From the NCBI RefSeq assembly GCF_009914755.1, contig NC_060930.1: 64,000 bases of DNA; one strand, given 5' to 3'. Within the stretch, counting starts at the first letter, position 1; each line of letters begins with the position of its first letter. This document shows, piece after piece, positions 33,401-47,000 of this stretch. The DNA comes from the human T2T-CHM13v2.0 reference genome, Homo sapiens. The translations under genes and the position numbers were made by a program. The notes below the pieces were generated by a model. The model saw only the letters and a list, made by a program, of their open reading frames with translations. It did not search any database and was not told where the DNA came from.

Positions 33401-34048
33401 AGACCCTACAAAAAAAGTGTTTCCAAACAGCTGCATGAAAAGAAAAGTTTAACTATGTGAGATGAATGCACTCATCACAAATCAATGTCTCAGATGGCTT
33501 TCTTCTAGTTTTTATCCTGGGATATTCACTTTTTCTTCATTGGCCTTAGTGAGCTCCCAAATGTCCATTTGCAGAATAGACAAAAACAGTGTTTTCAAAC
33601 TGCTGAATCAAAAGAAAGGTTTAACTCTGTGAGATGAATGCACGCATCATGAAGCAGTTTCTCAAAATGTTCTTTCTACTTTTCATCTGAAGTTATTTTT
33701 TTTCACCATAGGAGTTAATGCACTCCTAAATATCCCTTCGCAGATTCTGCAAAAACAGTGTTTCCAAACTGCTGAATGAAAAGAAAGTTTTGTCTCTGTG
33801 AGATGAAAGCACACATCACAAACGGTTTGTCAGATAGCTTCCTTCAATTTTTTATCCTGGGATATTTGCTTTTTTGCCCTTGGCCTCAAAGATCTCCCAA
33901 ATGGAATGGACAAAACCAGTGTTTTCAAACTGCTGAATCAAAAGAAAAGTTTAACTCTGTGAGATGAAAACACACATCACGAAGCAGTTTCTCAAAAGCT
34001 TCTTTCTACTTCTTATCTGAAGATATTTTCTTTTTCACCATAGCCCTC
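30431..34048 (-). repeat. Divergent alpha satellite, dimeric ancient type
   Basis: Same two monomer types, and the register continues across the L1. Confidence 0.97.
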
Positions 34049-34552
34049 TGCCAAGACCAGCTCATTCAGGGAGACCCTAACCGAGTGGTGCTGGAGGAAT
34101 TAAAGACACACACACAGAAATACAGAGGTGTGAAGTGGGAAATCAGGGGTCTCACTGTCTTCAGAGCTGAGAGCCTCAATCAGAGATTTACCCACATATT
34201 TATTAACTGCAAGCCATTCATTAGCATTGTTTCTATAGATAGTAAATTAACTAAAAGTATCCCTTATGGGCTATGAAGGGATGGGCAAAATTAAAGGAAT
34301 AGGTTGGGGTAGTTAACTGCAGCAGGAACATGACATTAAGGCACAGATTTCTCATGCTGTTTGTGGCTTAAGAAAGCCTTTAAGTGGTTTTCCATCCTGG
34401 GCAGGCCAGTTGTTTCTTGCCTTCATTCTGGTAAACCCCCAACCTTTCAGTGTCAGCGTTAGTGCCATCATGACCATGTCACAGTGCTTATTGTTTATGG
34501 CCAGTTTTGGGGCTAGTTTATGGCCAGATTTTTGGGGAGCTTGCTCCCAACA
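34049..34552 (-). repeat. 3' LTR (MER9)
   Basis: Reverse complement tgttgggagcaagc...gagctggtcttggca, preceded by the PPT. Confidence 0.95.
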
Positions 34553-35700
34553 TGTACCCCTTCTTTGATTTTGAAATTGATAAAAGCAAACGCAGCTTTG
34601 TCATGGTGAGCTGCTTCTCACAGGAGTCAGGGTCTGCATCTGCAGACTATACAAAGACAAACAATATAGATTAAAAGTACAATCATCTTTGAAATCACAG
34701 AGCTACCAAGTGTTTTTATCCATTTTAATGGATGACTTGCTGCTACTTTGTCTGCAGATCTTTAAGCACTCCATTTCCTGGCATTAAAGTCACGTGTGCC
34801 TGGAATGCTTTAAATATTTGTTCTTTTAATTTTGCTATATCCAAAAACAAGTTTGTAGAGTGTCCTTCTAGATTTTTTTTATTATTTCCCTAATTTTGAT
34901 CTTATTAAGAGCATCTAATAGTTTCTACAAATCCTTATATTAAGTTCCTTAGTGCGGGCCATATCATTTGAGGATGAGCTGCCACTATACCTTCATGGTT
35001 CCAGATAATAGGAAGTTTTGTCATACTTCTTATCATATCTATCATCTGACTGTTTTGTTCAGGTCATCTGAACATTGTGTGGCCGTGGCACGTAGACTGA
35101 GGTGTGCAATTCAAACTAAACATCCCCTTAGGGGACCAATTAATAATGATTCCATAGGAATCATAGGAATCGTTATGCAGTGCCTCTGCCTGTTCTGCAA
35201 TGCAAATCTTCCTAAACAAGTATGTTCATTTTCTCTAACTGGGTCCAATCCTGTTTACAAATAGGTTTTTGAGGGTGGTATGCCTCAATATAGGAGCCAA
35301 TTTATTATGGTAAATACCGAGATCAGAAAGCATGTGTAACTGTGTCATAGAATGATTGCCTCCAGGCATTATTGCCAGCCAAGATTGATAAATATGCCCA
35401 ATAAGTATAATCGTTCTCTGTGTCAGCCCTTATTGAAGGAATACCCATGGCAGTGGTGATAACTTCTATCATAGCTACTATTAAATTATTCATTGTGACT
35501 GGTTGTCCCACTTTCCTCAAGTTTTCTTCTGCCATCTGTGACAGCTTCTTAATCTGTCCCCAGGAGGGTGGCTGTGTTCAATGGGTGTTGCTCATGACAG
35601 TTGGTGTCCTCCTCAGCATCATTCTCAACATGGCTGCAACCGGGGGGTCCTCAGGATCCTCCTGGGGTCTCTTTCTCAGCATCCAGCTCACAATAAAGTT
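34553..35700 (-). pseudogene. HML-3 env remnant with large internal deletion
   Basis: Signal-peptide/SU start MAEENLRKVGQPVTMNNLIVAMI...YTYWAYL. Only ~1.1 kb lies between pol and the LTR, versus ~2 kb for a betaretroviral env. Confidence 0.8.
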
Positions 35701-38200
35701 TCAGGTTTCTTGATGGTATCCAGATTGTCTGTTGATTTTGGCCTGGAGAAACACAAGCATAACTTCTACCCCAACTTATTATTTTACCTGTTTCCTAACT
35801 TTTCATAATCGGATCTCTCCACCAAATCAGTTGTTCTGCTTCTGTCTTTGCAGCTGGTTTCTGTAGATGCTGTTCAGCTGCTGATAGCATCTGGCCTTTG
35901 GGCAGGCTCAAAAAATTAAAGTTAATAATTCTGGATTCAGTGGCATCTGCAGGGTTCCATATTCTCTTTCACCCCCTTTCTGGTTTTACAACTGCTGTTT
36001 TTGGGAGAGATTCATTCTTTCCATTATGGCTTGTCCTTGAGAACTGTATGGGATACCAGTAACATGTTTAATATTCCACATAGAGAAAAATGTAGCTAGA
36101 GCTTGGCTAGTATAGCCTGGGGCATTATCTGTTTTAATAGTAGCGGGAATGCCCATCACCACAAAACACTACAAAGGGTGACATTTAACACTGGCAGAAG
36201 ACTCTCCTGATTGGCAAGTAGCCCAGACAAAGTGAGAAAAGGTGTCCACACATACAGGTACCTAATATAGTCTCCCAAACGAGGGAACATGTGTGATATC
36301 ATTTGCCTAAAAGAATTAGGTTCCAATCCTCGAGGATTAACTCCTTCTATGAAAGATGAGGAATGTACCATTTGGCAAGTTGGGCATCACTGGATAATAG
36401 CTTTAGCTTCTTTCCAGGTAATGCTGTATCTGCATTTGAAGCCAGAGGCATTAACATGAGTTAAATTGTGAAAGTGTCCAGCGTTAGATATTGCATTAGT
36501 GACTAGGTGATCAGCCATTTGATTCCCTTCAGTCAAAAGTCCTGGAAGAGGTGTATGAGCCCTAATATGAATGATGTACAAAGGGTGCATTCTACTTCTA
36601 AATGCTATTTGCAATTTGGTAAATAAAATCATCAGTTGTTCATCTGTATGAAATCCTAACTGAGCATTTTCAATTAACTGTGTGGAATGAACCATGTATG
36701 AAGAAACAGAAATCACATCAATAGGCATATCAAAAGCAGTCACCTCAATTACAGCAAAAAGCTCTGCTTTTTGAGGCGTCTGGAAAACTTCACTTTTTGA
36801 GCTAGAATAAGAAGCTTTACCATTACTAGACCCATCTGTAAAAACATTCTCAGCAACTTCAATTGGTTTAAATTTAGTTATTTTAGGGAGAATCCAATTG
36901 CTTAATTTCAAAACCTGAAACAGATTTGTTTTAGGAAAATGGTTATTGAGAATACTCCCAAAGTCAGCTAAATGGGTTTGCCAAGTAAGACTACTGATAA
37001 AAGCTTGATGTATTTGTGTCTTCCTGAGAGGGACATTAATTTTTCCAGGATCATATCCATGTAATTTAACAATCTGGGTTCTCCCAATTCCTATCATAGT
37101 AGCAATTTGATCTAAATAAAGAGTTAGAGTTCATGAATTGGTATGTGGAAGAAAAAGCCACCCTACTGAGTCCTGCTCTTGGAAAATAACACCAGTAGAT
37201 GAACGTGGAGTTGAAAAAATTAGCAAGTCTAGAGTCTTCTCTGGATCTATTCTACTTATTTAAGCTTTATGGACTTGCTTTTCAATCAGCTGTAACTCGA
37301 CCTCAGCCTCCTTTGTTGATTGCTGAGGGCTAGTGAGACTAGCATTTCCTCAAAGGATAGAAAACAGATTACTCATGGCATAGGTAGGAATGCCTAGTAC
37401 ATGTCATATCCAATCAATGTCCCCTAGTAATTTTTGAAAGTCTTTAATGTTTTCAATTGATCCGTAAATATGTTTACTTTCTGTGGCTCAATGGTAGTGT
37501 CATTTACTGATGTCACCAAGTAGGAGTAGGGAGTAGTAATCTGAATTTTGTCAGGAGCTATAATTAAACCAGTGTGAGAAATCAAATTTTGCAAGTGATC
37601 ATAACATTGGAGAAACATTTCTTGAGTGGGGGCAGCACGAAGTACATCATCCATATAGTGAATAATGTAACATTGTGAAAATTTTTTATAAGTAGGATCA
37701 ATAGCTTGCCCTACATACCTCTGGCAAATTGTTGGATTGTTTAACATGCCTTGTGGCAACACTTTCCAATAATAATGCTTAGCAGGCTGCAGGTTGTTTA
37801 CTGCAGGAATTGTAAAGGCAAACCATTCACAATCTTGCTCAGCTAAGGGGATAGTAAAGAAACAATCTTTTAAATCTATGACAATTAAAGGCCAATGTTT
37901 TGGAATTATAGCAGGAGAAGGCAATCCTGGCTGTAATGCTCCCATAGGTTTTATTACTGAATTCATGGCTCTTAAGTCAGTTAACATTCTCCATTTACCT
38001 GAATTTTTCTTAATTATGAAAACTGGAGAATTCCAATGGGAAAATGTTGGAGCAATGTACCCATTTTCTAATTGTTCAGTAACTAATTTCTCTAAAGCCT
38101 CCAGTTTCTCTTTACTTAGCAGCCATTGTTCTATCCAAATTGGCTTATCTGTTACCCATTTTGAAGGTATAGGTTTTGGAGGCTTAACAATAGCTGCCAT
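35700..38200 (-). pseudogene. HML-3 pol (RT, RNase H, integrase), disrupted
   Basis: RT ORF 37424-38200 ([15 protein letters not shown]), RNase H VFTDGSSNG and GNQMAD, integrase HNLTH zinc-binding start. Confidence 0.93.
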
Positions 38201-39120
38201 AAAAAATGCTATCCTAAACCTTGGTGGGAAGTTTGTCTTTCCATTTGAAGTTGTTCTTTCTAACTTTGCAGATATTTTCTAGTCCCATACCAGGGACATA
38301 CCCCTTTTCATGCATTATATGTTGACTTTGAGGGCTATACATTTGTTCTGGAATTAGAACTTTTGGTCCCCATTGTTGTAATAAATCTCTTCCCCATAAA
38401 TTTATAGGTACAGAAGTTATAATTGGTCAAATAGTCCCAGTTTGTCCATCGGGCCCTTCACAGTGCAAAATATAACTACTTTGATATACTTAAGGGGCTT
38501 TATGAACTCCAACTATGTTAAATTGAGGGGGTTGAATTGGCCACATGGACAGCCAGTGCTGTAGGGAAATGATTGAAATGTCTGCTCCTGTATCTACCAA
38601 ATCTTTAAATTTCTTTCCTGAATAGTTATTTCACAGGTAGGATGTTTATCAGTTATTTGACTTACCCAATAAGCTGCTTTGCCTTGTTTATTTGTGCTTC
38701 CAAATCCTTCTGTTCATTTAATTTCACTTTTTCCCATTCCCACATACAGTGTTATCAGGAGCTGTGCTATGCCCTCTTCTGGCTCTGCTTTCCAGGCAAC
38801 AGAAGTAGATATAACAATTTGAATTTCCCCATTGTAATCTGAATCATTGACTCCTGTATGTATTTGTACCCCTTTTAAACTTAAACTAGACCTTCCTAGA
38901 CGTAATCCTATTGTCCCTACTGGCAAGGGTCCACAGACTCCTGTTGGGACCTTTTGCAGGGGTTCCCCAGGCAGAAGGCTCGCAGTTTTTGTGCAGCATA
39001 AATCTACTGCAGCACTACTGGCTGTGGTGGGAGACAGACATTGTACAGGGGTGAGGGAATGGCCTGAGCTGGAAATGCCCCAGTTTAGAATGGGGCCTAG
39101 GGTGGTCCCCTAATGGCATT
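38201..39120 (-). pseudogene. HML-3 dUTPase-protease, disrupted
   Basis: LGRSSL...GVNDSDYNGEIQI...IAQLL dUTPase motifs and protease codons ttggtagatacaggagcagac (LVDTGAD). Confidence 0.9.
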
Positions 39121-40400
39121 TCCCAAAATTGGGTTCCCATCTTTATCAAACTTAGAATGACACTGATTAGCCTAATGTTTCCTTTTTTACATTTTGGACA
39201 TATTTCTGGCTCAAGAAGTTTCTTTATTCCCCTATCTGGTGGCCTGACTCACTGATTTTTTCTACATTCTTTTTCAGTATGACCATGCTTCCCACAGTTA
39301 AAACAAGCTCCAGGAAATGAAGTATTTTCTTTATTGACTCTCAGTTCTGCCACTGCCTGTGCCAACAAAGTAGCTTTATGCAGATTACCTCCGATACCAT
39401 CACAGGCCTTGACATAATCAACTAAATGTGCTTTCCCTCTGATAGGTCGCAGAGCAGCCTGGCAATCGGGATTAGCATTGTCAAAAGCTAATAACTGCAA
39501 CTCTATAACCTGAGCAGCCGAATCTGCAATCATCTTTTTAAGAGACTCCTGTAACCAAGCTATAAAATCAAAGTATGGTTCTCTTGGTCCCTGTTTTATA
39601 GCACTAAAGGAAAGGTGTTGTTCTCCACCTGAAATGATTTTTTCCCCAAGCTCTAATGCACACTCCACTAAGCTGTTCTATGGCATCATCTTGCATGACC
39701 ACTTGTGCATCTAAAGCAGCACAGATGCCTGTCCCCAAAAGCTGGTCTGCAATTATATTAATTTGAGGTTCAGCCTGCGCATTGTAAGCAGCCTGAATGG
39801 AAGCTTCATCTGGCCACCAAGTTTTAAATTGTAGCAACTGAGCAGGAGCTAGACAAGCTCAAGTAAGAATGTCCCAGTCAGTAGGAATCATCTGACTGGA
39901 AACAGCAACATTCTTTAACAGTCCCATTAAAAAAGGAGAACCTGATCCATACTGATTTATAGTTTATTTAAATTCTTTGAGTAATTTAAAAGGAAAAGGC
40001 TCAAATGTATCTGTAATATTTCCCTGTTTATCTGGGGTGTGTATTCTAACAGGGAACTGCCAAGCCTCTAAATCACCCTCTCATCTAACTGGCTGAATTC
40101 CTGCCTGGATGGAACTAAGAGCAGTCACTCGAGCTACTGCTCAAACAGTCACTGGGGCAACTATATTCACCCAGTGTCCTCTGGGAAATAAAGATCTGTA
40201 GGGTCTTTTTCTTCAAAATAATATGGAGGGGGTGCCAAAGGTTAGGGATGAACCTCTCCCTCCTTTGCCACCTTAGCTTTAGCTGGTAAATAAATCTGGT
40301 CTTTAACCTCTTCTGTTACTTCATTATACTCTCCTTCCTCCTCATCATCAGTGTGAAAAAGTTCCAAGGTAGAATGAACCAGACCCCACACTTGTCCCAT
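39121..40400 (-). pseudogene. HML-3 gag, short and disrupted
   Basis: Start MGQVWGLVHSTLE at 40400, MHR IKQGPREPYFDFI, zinc knuckle CFNCGKHGHTEKEC. Confidence 0.88.
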
Positions 40401-40547
40401 TGTTACACTGATGCTTCTGAGATACCCTTCTTACTCACCATGGGGATTGCTTTAAGAGTACTCATGTGTCCTCCAGCTAGTTCCACATTCTTCAACTGTT
40501 GATATGGCGACCAACCTGGATTCGAGGCCCCATGAACGAGTGTCACT

Positions 40548-41060
40548 TGCTGAGACCAGCTCAGTCAGGGAGACCCTAACCCAGTGGTGCTAGAGGAATT
40601 AAAGACATACACACCGAAATATAGAAGTGTGAAGTGGGAAATCAGGGGTCTCACAGTCTTCAGAGCTGATAGCCCCCTACAGATATTTACCCACTTATTA
40701 ACTAACAGCAAACCAGTAATTTGCATTGTTTCTATAGATATGAAATTAACTAAAAGTATCCCTCATGGGAAATGAAGGGATGGGCCAAATTAAAGGAATA
40801 AATGGGGCTAGTTAACTGCAGCAGGAGCATGTCCTAAGGGCACAGATTACTCATGACATTGTTTGTGGCTTAAGAATGCCTTTAAGAGGTTTTCTGCCCA
40901 GGGCAGGCCAGGAGTTCCTTACCCTCATTCCAGTATACCCACAACCTTCCAGTGTGTGAGCTGCAGCCATCATGAATATGTCACAGTGCTGCAGAGATTT
41001 TGTTTAGGACCAGTTTTGGGGCCAGTTTATGGCCAGATTTTGGGGGTCTTGCTCCCAACA
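40548..41060 (-). repeat. 5' LTR (MER9)
   Basis: Direct repeat of 34049-34552, followed on the minus strand by the PBS. Confidence 0.95.
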
Positions 41061-44000
41061 GGCTTCAATGTGCTCCAAAATGTCCCTTCACAGATTCTAC
41101 AAAAAGAGTGCTTCCAAACTGCTGATGGAAAAGCAAGTTTTAACTCTAGGAGATGAATGCACACATCACAAAGTGGTTTCTCAGATAACTTCCTTCTAAT
41201 ATTTATCCTGGGAAATTCACTTTTTCAGCTTTGGCCTCAATGAGCTCCTAAATGTCCATTTGCCAAATGGACAAAAAGAGTGGTTCCAAACTGCTGAAAC
41301 AAAAGAAAGGACTAACTCTGTGAGATGAATGCAAACATCACAAAGGAGTTTCTGAGAAAGTTTCTTTCTAGTTTTTATCTGAAGATAATTGCTTTTTCAC
41401 CATAAGCCTCAGTGTCCTCTGAATTATCCCTTTGCACATTCTACAAAAACAGTGTTTCCAAACTGCTGAATGAAACAAAGGTTTAATTCTGTGAGGTGAA
41501 TGCGCACATCACAAAGCAGTTTCTCAGATAGCTACCTTCTAGTTTTTATCCTGGGACATTCGCTTTTTCACCATTGGCCTAAATGTGCTCATAAATGTGA
41601 ATTTGCAGAATGGAACAATACAGTTTCCAAACTGCTGAATCAATAGAAATGTTTAACTCTGTGACATGAATGCACACATCACAAAGCAGTTTCTCAGAAA
41701 GCTTCTTTCTACTTTTTATCTGAAGATATTTCCTTTTTAACCACAGGCCACAATGCGCTTCCAAATATTCCTTCATGGATTTTACAGAAACAGTGTTTCC
41801 TGACTGTTGAATGAAAAGAAAAGTTTAACTCTGTGAGGTGAATGCACACGTGACAAACGGCTTCTCAGATAGCTTCCTTCTAGTTTTTATCCTGGGATAT
41901 TCTCTTTTTTGCCATTGGCCTCAATGAGCTCCCAAATTTCCTTTCACAGAAAATATTAAAACAGTGTTTCCAAACAGCTGAATAAAAAGAATGGTTTAAC
42001 TCTGTGAGATGAATGCACACATCACAAGGCAGTTTTTCAGAAAGCTTCATTCTACTTTTTATCTGAATATATTTTCTTTTTCACCATAGGCCTCAAAGTG
42101 CTCCCAAATATCCCTTCACAGATTCTACAAAAAGAGTGTTTCCAAACTGCTGAATTAAAAAAACTGTGAGATGAATGCACACATCACAAAGCGGTTTCTC
42201 AGATAGCTTCCTTCTAGTTTTTATCTGGGAAATTCACGTTTTCACCGTTGGCCTCAGTGAGTTCCCAGATGTCCATTTGCAGAATGGATGAAAACAGTGT
42301 TTCAAAACTGCTGAATTAAAAGACAGGTTTACCTCTGGGAGATGAATGCATACATCACAAAGCAGTTTCTCAGAAAGCTTCTTTCTACTTTTTTCTGAAG
42401 ATACTTCCTTTTTCACCAGAGGCCTCAAAGTGCATCCAAATATCCCATTGCAAATTCTACAAAAACTGTGTTTCCAAACCGCTGAATGAAAAGTAAGGTT
42501 AACTCTGTGAGATGAATGCACATGTCACTCAGCAGTTTCAGAGATAACGTCCTTCTAGCTTTTATCCTGGAATATTCACTTTTTCACCATTGGCCTTAAT
42601 GAGCTCCAAAATGTCCAGTCACAAAAAGGATAAAAGCAGTGTTTCTGAACTGCTTAATTAACAGAATGGCTTAACTCTGTGAGAGGAATGGATACATCAA
42701 AAAGCAGTTTCTCAGAAAACTTCTATCTACTTCTTATCTGAAGAAATTTTCTTTTTCACCATAGGCTTCAATGCACTCCAAATATCCCTTCACAGATTCA
42801 ACAAGAATAGTTTTTTCAAACTGCTGAATGAAAAGAAAAGTTTAACCCCATGAGACGAATGCACACATCATAAAGTGGTTTCACAGATTGCTTCCTTCTA
42901 GTTTTCATCCTAGGATATGTGTATTTAGCCATTGGTCTCCATGAGCTCCCAATTGTCCATTCACAGAATGGACAAAAACAGTGTTTCCAAACTGCTGAAT
43001 CAAAAGAAAGTTATACCTCTGTGAGATGAATGCATACATCACAAAGGAATTTCTCAGAAAGATTTTTCTAGTTTTTATCTGAAGATATTTTCAATTTCAC
43101 CCTAGGCCTCTATGTGCTCCCGAATATCCCTTCACATATTCTACAATAACAGTGTTTCCAAACCACTGAATGAAAAGAATGGTTTAAATCTGAGAGGTGA
43201 ATTGTCCCTTCACAAGGCAATTTCTCAGATAGCTACCTTATAGTTTTTATCCCGGGTTATTCACGTTTTTGCCATTGACCTCAATGAGCTCCAAAATTTC
43301 CATTAGCAGAAAGTACAAAAACAGTGTTTCCAGACTGCTGAATCAGTAGAAAGGTTTACCACTGTGAGATGAATACACACATCACAAAGCAGTTTATCAG
43401 AAAGCTTCTATCTCCTTTTTATTTGAAGATATTTTCTTTGTCACTGTAGCCTCATTGCACTCCCAAATATCCCTTCACAGATTCTACAAAAGCAGTTTTT
43501 TCCAAACTGCAAAATGAAAAGAAAGTTTTACCTCTGCTAGATGAGTGCAAACATCATTAAGCAGTTTTTCAGATAGCTTCCTACTAGTTTTAATCCAGGG
43601 ATATTCTCTTTCTTGTCATTGGCCTCCATGAGGTACAAAAGGTCCATTTACAGAAAGCACAAAAGTAGTGTTTCCAGACTGCTGAATCAAAAAAAGTTTT
43701 AACCCTTTAGATGCATGCACACATCACAGAGCCATTTCTCAGAAAGTTTCTTTCTAGTTTTAATCCAAAGATATTTCCTTTTCACAACAGGCCTCAAGGC
43801 ACTCCCAAATATCCCTTCACACATTCTACAAAAGAGTGTTTCTCCAAACTGCTGAATCAAAAGAAAGGCTAACTCTGTGAGATGAATGCAAACCTCAGAA
43901 AGCAGTTTCTCAGATAGCTTCCTTTTAGTTTTTATCCTGGGATATTCCCTTTTTCACCATTGGCCACAAAGAACGCCCAAATGTCCATTCCCAGAAAGGA

Positions 44001-47000
44001 CAAAAGCAGTGTTTCCAAACTGCTGCTTCAAAAGAAAGGTATAACTCTGTGAGATGGACACATCACAAAGCAGTTTCTCAGAAAGCTTCTTTCTAGTTTT
44101 TATCTGAAGATATTTTCTTTTTCACTATAGGCTTCAAAGGGCTCCCAAATATCCCTTCAGAGAATCTACAAAAACAGTGTTTAAAACTGCTGAATGAAAA
44201 AAAAGGTTTAATTCTGTGAGATGAATACACACATCACAAACCAGTTTTTCAGAAAGCTTCTTTCTAGTTTTTATCTGAAGATATTTTCTTTTTCACCATA
44301 GGCCTCAATGGACTCCCAAATATTCCTTCACATATTCTAAAAAACAGTGTTTCCAAACTATTAAATGAAAAGAAAGGTTTAACTCTGTGAGATGAATGCC
44401 CAAATCACAAAGTGGTTTCTCTGATAGCTGCCTCTAGTTTTAATGCTGGGATATTCGCTTTTTCACCTCTGGGCTCAATTAGCTCCCAAATGTCCATTCG
44501 CAGAAAGGACAAATGCAGTATTTCCAAACTTCTGTATCCAAAGAAAGGTTTAACTCTGTGAGATGAATGCACACATCAGAGAGCAGTTTATCGGAAAGAT
44601 TCTTTCTAGTTTTTAATCTGGAGATATTTCCTTTTACACCATAGGCCTCAATGTGCTCCCAAATATTCCTTCTCCAATTCTACAAAAACAGGGTTTCCAA
44701 ACTGCTGAATAAAAAGAAGGGTTTAAATCAGTGAGATAAATGTACATATCACACGGCAGTTTCTCAGATAGCGTCCTTCTAGTTTTTATCTTGGGAGATT
44801 GGCTTTTTCACCTTTGACCTCAATGACCTCCCAAATGTCCATTCCCAGAATGGACAAAAACAGAGTTTCCAAATTCCTGAATCAAAAGAAAAATTTAACT
44901 CTGTGAGAAGAATGCACACATAACAAATTAGCTTCTCAGAAAGCTTCTTTCTACTTTTTATCTGGAGATATTTTGTTTTTCACCATAGGCCTCAATGCCC
45001 ACCAAAATATCCCCTTGCAGATTCTACAGAAGCAGTGTTTCTAATCTGCTGAATGAAAAGAAAGGTATAAATCAGTGAAATGAATGCACATATCACAAAG
45101 CTGTTTCTCAGATAGCTTACTTCTAGTTTTTATCATGAGATATTACTTTTTCACCATTGGCCTCAATGATCTGACAATTGTCCATTTGCAGGATGGACAA
45201 AAACAGTGATCAAAAGAAAAGTTTAACTCTGTGAGATGAATGTACACATCACAAAGCAGTATCTCACAAATCTTTCTTTTTTTTAATCTGAAGATATTTT
45301 CTTTTTCACCATAGGCCACAAAGTGCTCCTAAGTATCCCTTCGGAGATTCTACAGAAACAGTGTTTCCAAACAGCTGCATGAAAAGAAAGCTTTAACTCT
45401 GTGAGGTGAATGCAAACGTCCCAAAGAAGTTTCTCAGATAGCTTCTTTCTAGTTTTTATCCTGGGATATATGCTTTTTCACCCTTGGGCTCAATGAGATC
45501 CCAAATGTCCTTTTGCGGAATGGCAAAAACAGGTTTCCAAACTGCTGAAACAAAATAAATGTTTAACTCTGTGAGATGAATGCATACACCATAAAGAAGT
45601 TTCTCAGAAGGATTCTTTCTAGTTTTTATCTGAAGATATTTTCTTTTTCAATGTAGGTCTCAATGCACTACCAAATATCCCTTCACAGATTCTACAAAAA
45701 GAGTGTTTCCAAACTGCTTAATAAAACAAAAGGCTTAACTCTGTGACATGAATGCACACATGAAAGTGCTTTCTCAGATAGCTTCCTTCTAGTTTATAGC
45801 ATGGGATATTCACTTTTTTGCCATTGGCCTAAATGAGCTCCCAAATGTCCATTCACAGAATGGACAAAACAGTGTTTCCAAACAGTTTAATCAAAAGAAA
45901 GGCTCAACTCTGTTAAAACAGTGTTTCAAAACTTCTGAATAAAAAGAAAGTTTTATCTCTGCAAGATGAATGCACACATCACAAAGTGGTTTCTCAGCTT
46001 CCTTCTAGTATTTATTTTGGGATATTTTCTTTTTCACTACTGGCCTCAATGAGCTCCCAAATGTCCATCCACATAACGGAAAAAAAGATGTTTACAAACT
46101 GCTAAATGAAAAGAAACGTTTATCACTGTGAGATGAATTCAGACATCACAAAGCCATTTGTCAGAAAGCTTCTCTCTAGTGTTCCTCTGAAGATATTTTC
46201 ACCGTATTCCTCAAAGTGCTCCCAAATATCCCTTCCCAGATTTAATAAAAACAGTGTTGCCAAACTGCTGAATGAAAAGAAAGGTTTAATGCTGTGAGGT
46301 GAATGCAAACATCACAAAGCAGTTTCTCAGATAGCTTCCTTCCTGTTTTTTATCCTGGTTTATCCACTTTTTTGCCATTGGCCTCAATGAGCTCCAAAAT
46401 GTCCATTCACAGAAAGGACAATAACACTGTTTCCAAACTGCTGAATCTAAAAAAGATATAACTCTGGGAGATGAATGCACACATCACAAAGCAGTTTCTC
46501 AGAAAGCTTCTTTCCACATTTTAACTGAAGATACTTTCTTTTTCACCATAGGCCTCAATTTGCTACCAAATATCCCTTCACAGTTTCCACAAAAACAGCA
46601 TTTTCAAACTCCTGAAAGAAAAGAAAAGTTTAACTCTGCGAGATGAATGCACACATCACAACACAGTTTCTTAGATAGCTTCCTCCTAGCTTTTATCCTG
46701 GGATATTCACTTTTTCACATTTGTCCCCAAGGAGCTCTCAAATATCCACTCACAGAATGCACAAAAACAGTGTTTCCAAACTGCTGAATCCAAAGAAACT
46801 TTATGAGATGAATGCACACATCACAAAGCAGTTTCTCAGAAAGCTTCTTTCTACTTTTTATCTGAAGACATTTTCTTTTTCACCCTAGGTATCAATGAAC
46901 CCAAAAATATTCCTTCGCAGAGTCTACAAAAACAGTGTTTACAAACCGCTGAATGAAAAGAAGGTTTTAACTCTGGGAGATGAATGCTCACGTCACAAAT

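Larger units (their letters stand above)
34049..41060 (-). mobile_element. HERV-K(HML-3)/HERVK9 provirus with both MER9 LTRs (7012 bp)
   Basis: Direct-repeat LTRs with TG...CA ends, degenerate PBS near 40527-40545, PPT aaagaagggg, gag-pro-pol-env remnants, and a 6-bp TSD gccctc/ggcttc (alpha consensus ggcctc). Confidence 0.95.

Noticed and set aside
21474-40400. Coding-competent HERV-K genes
   Set aside because: All gag, pro, pol and env frames of both proviruses are interrupted. The longest open piece is a 258-aa RT fragment.
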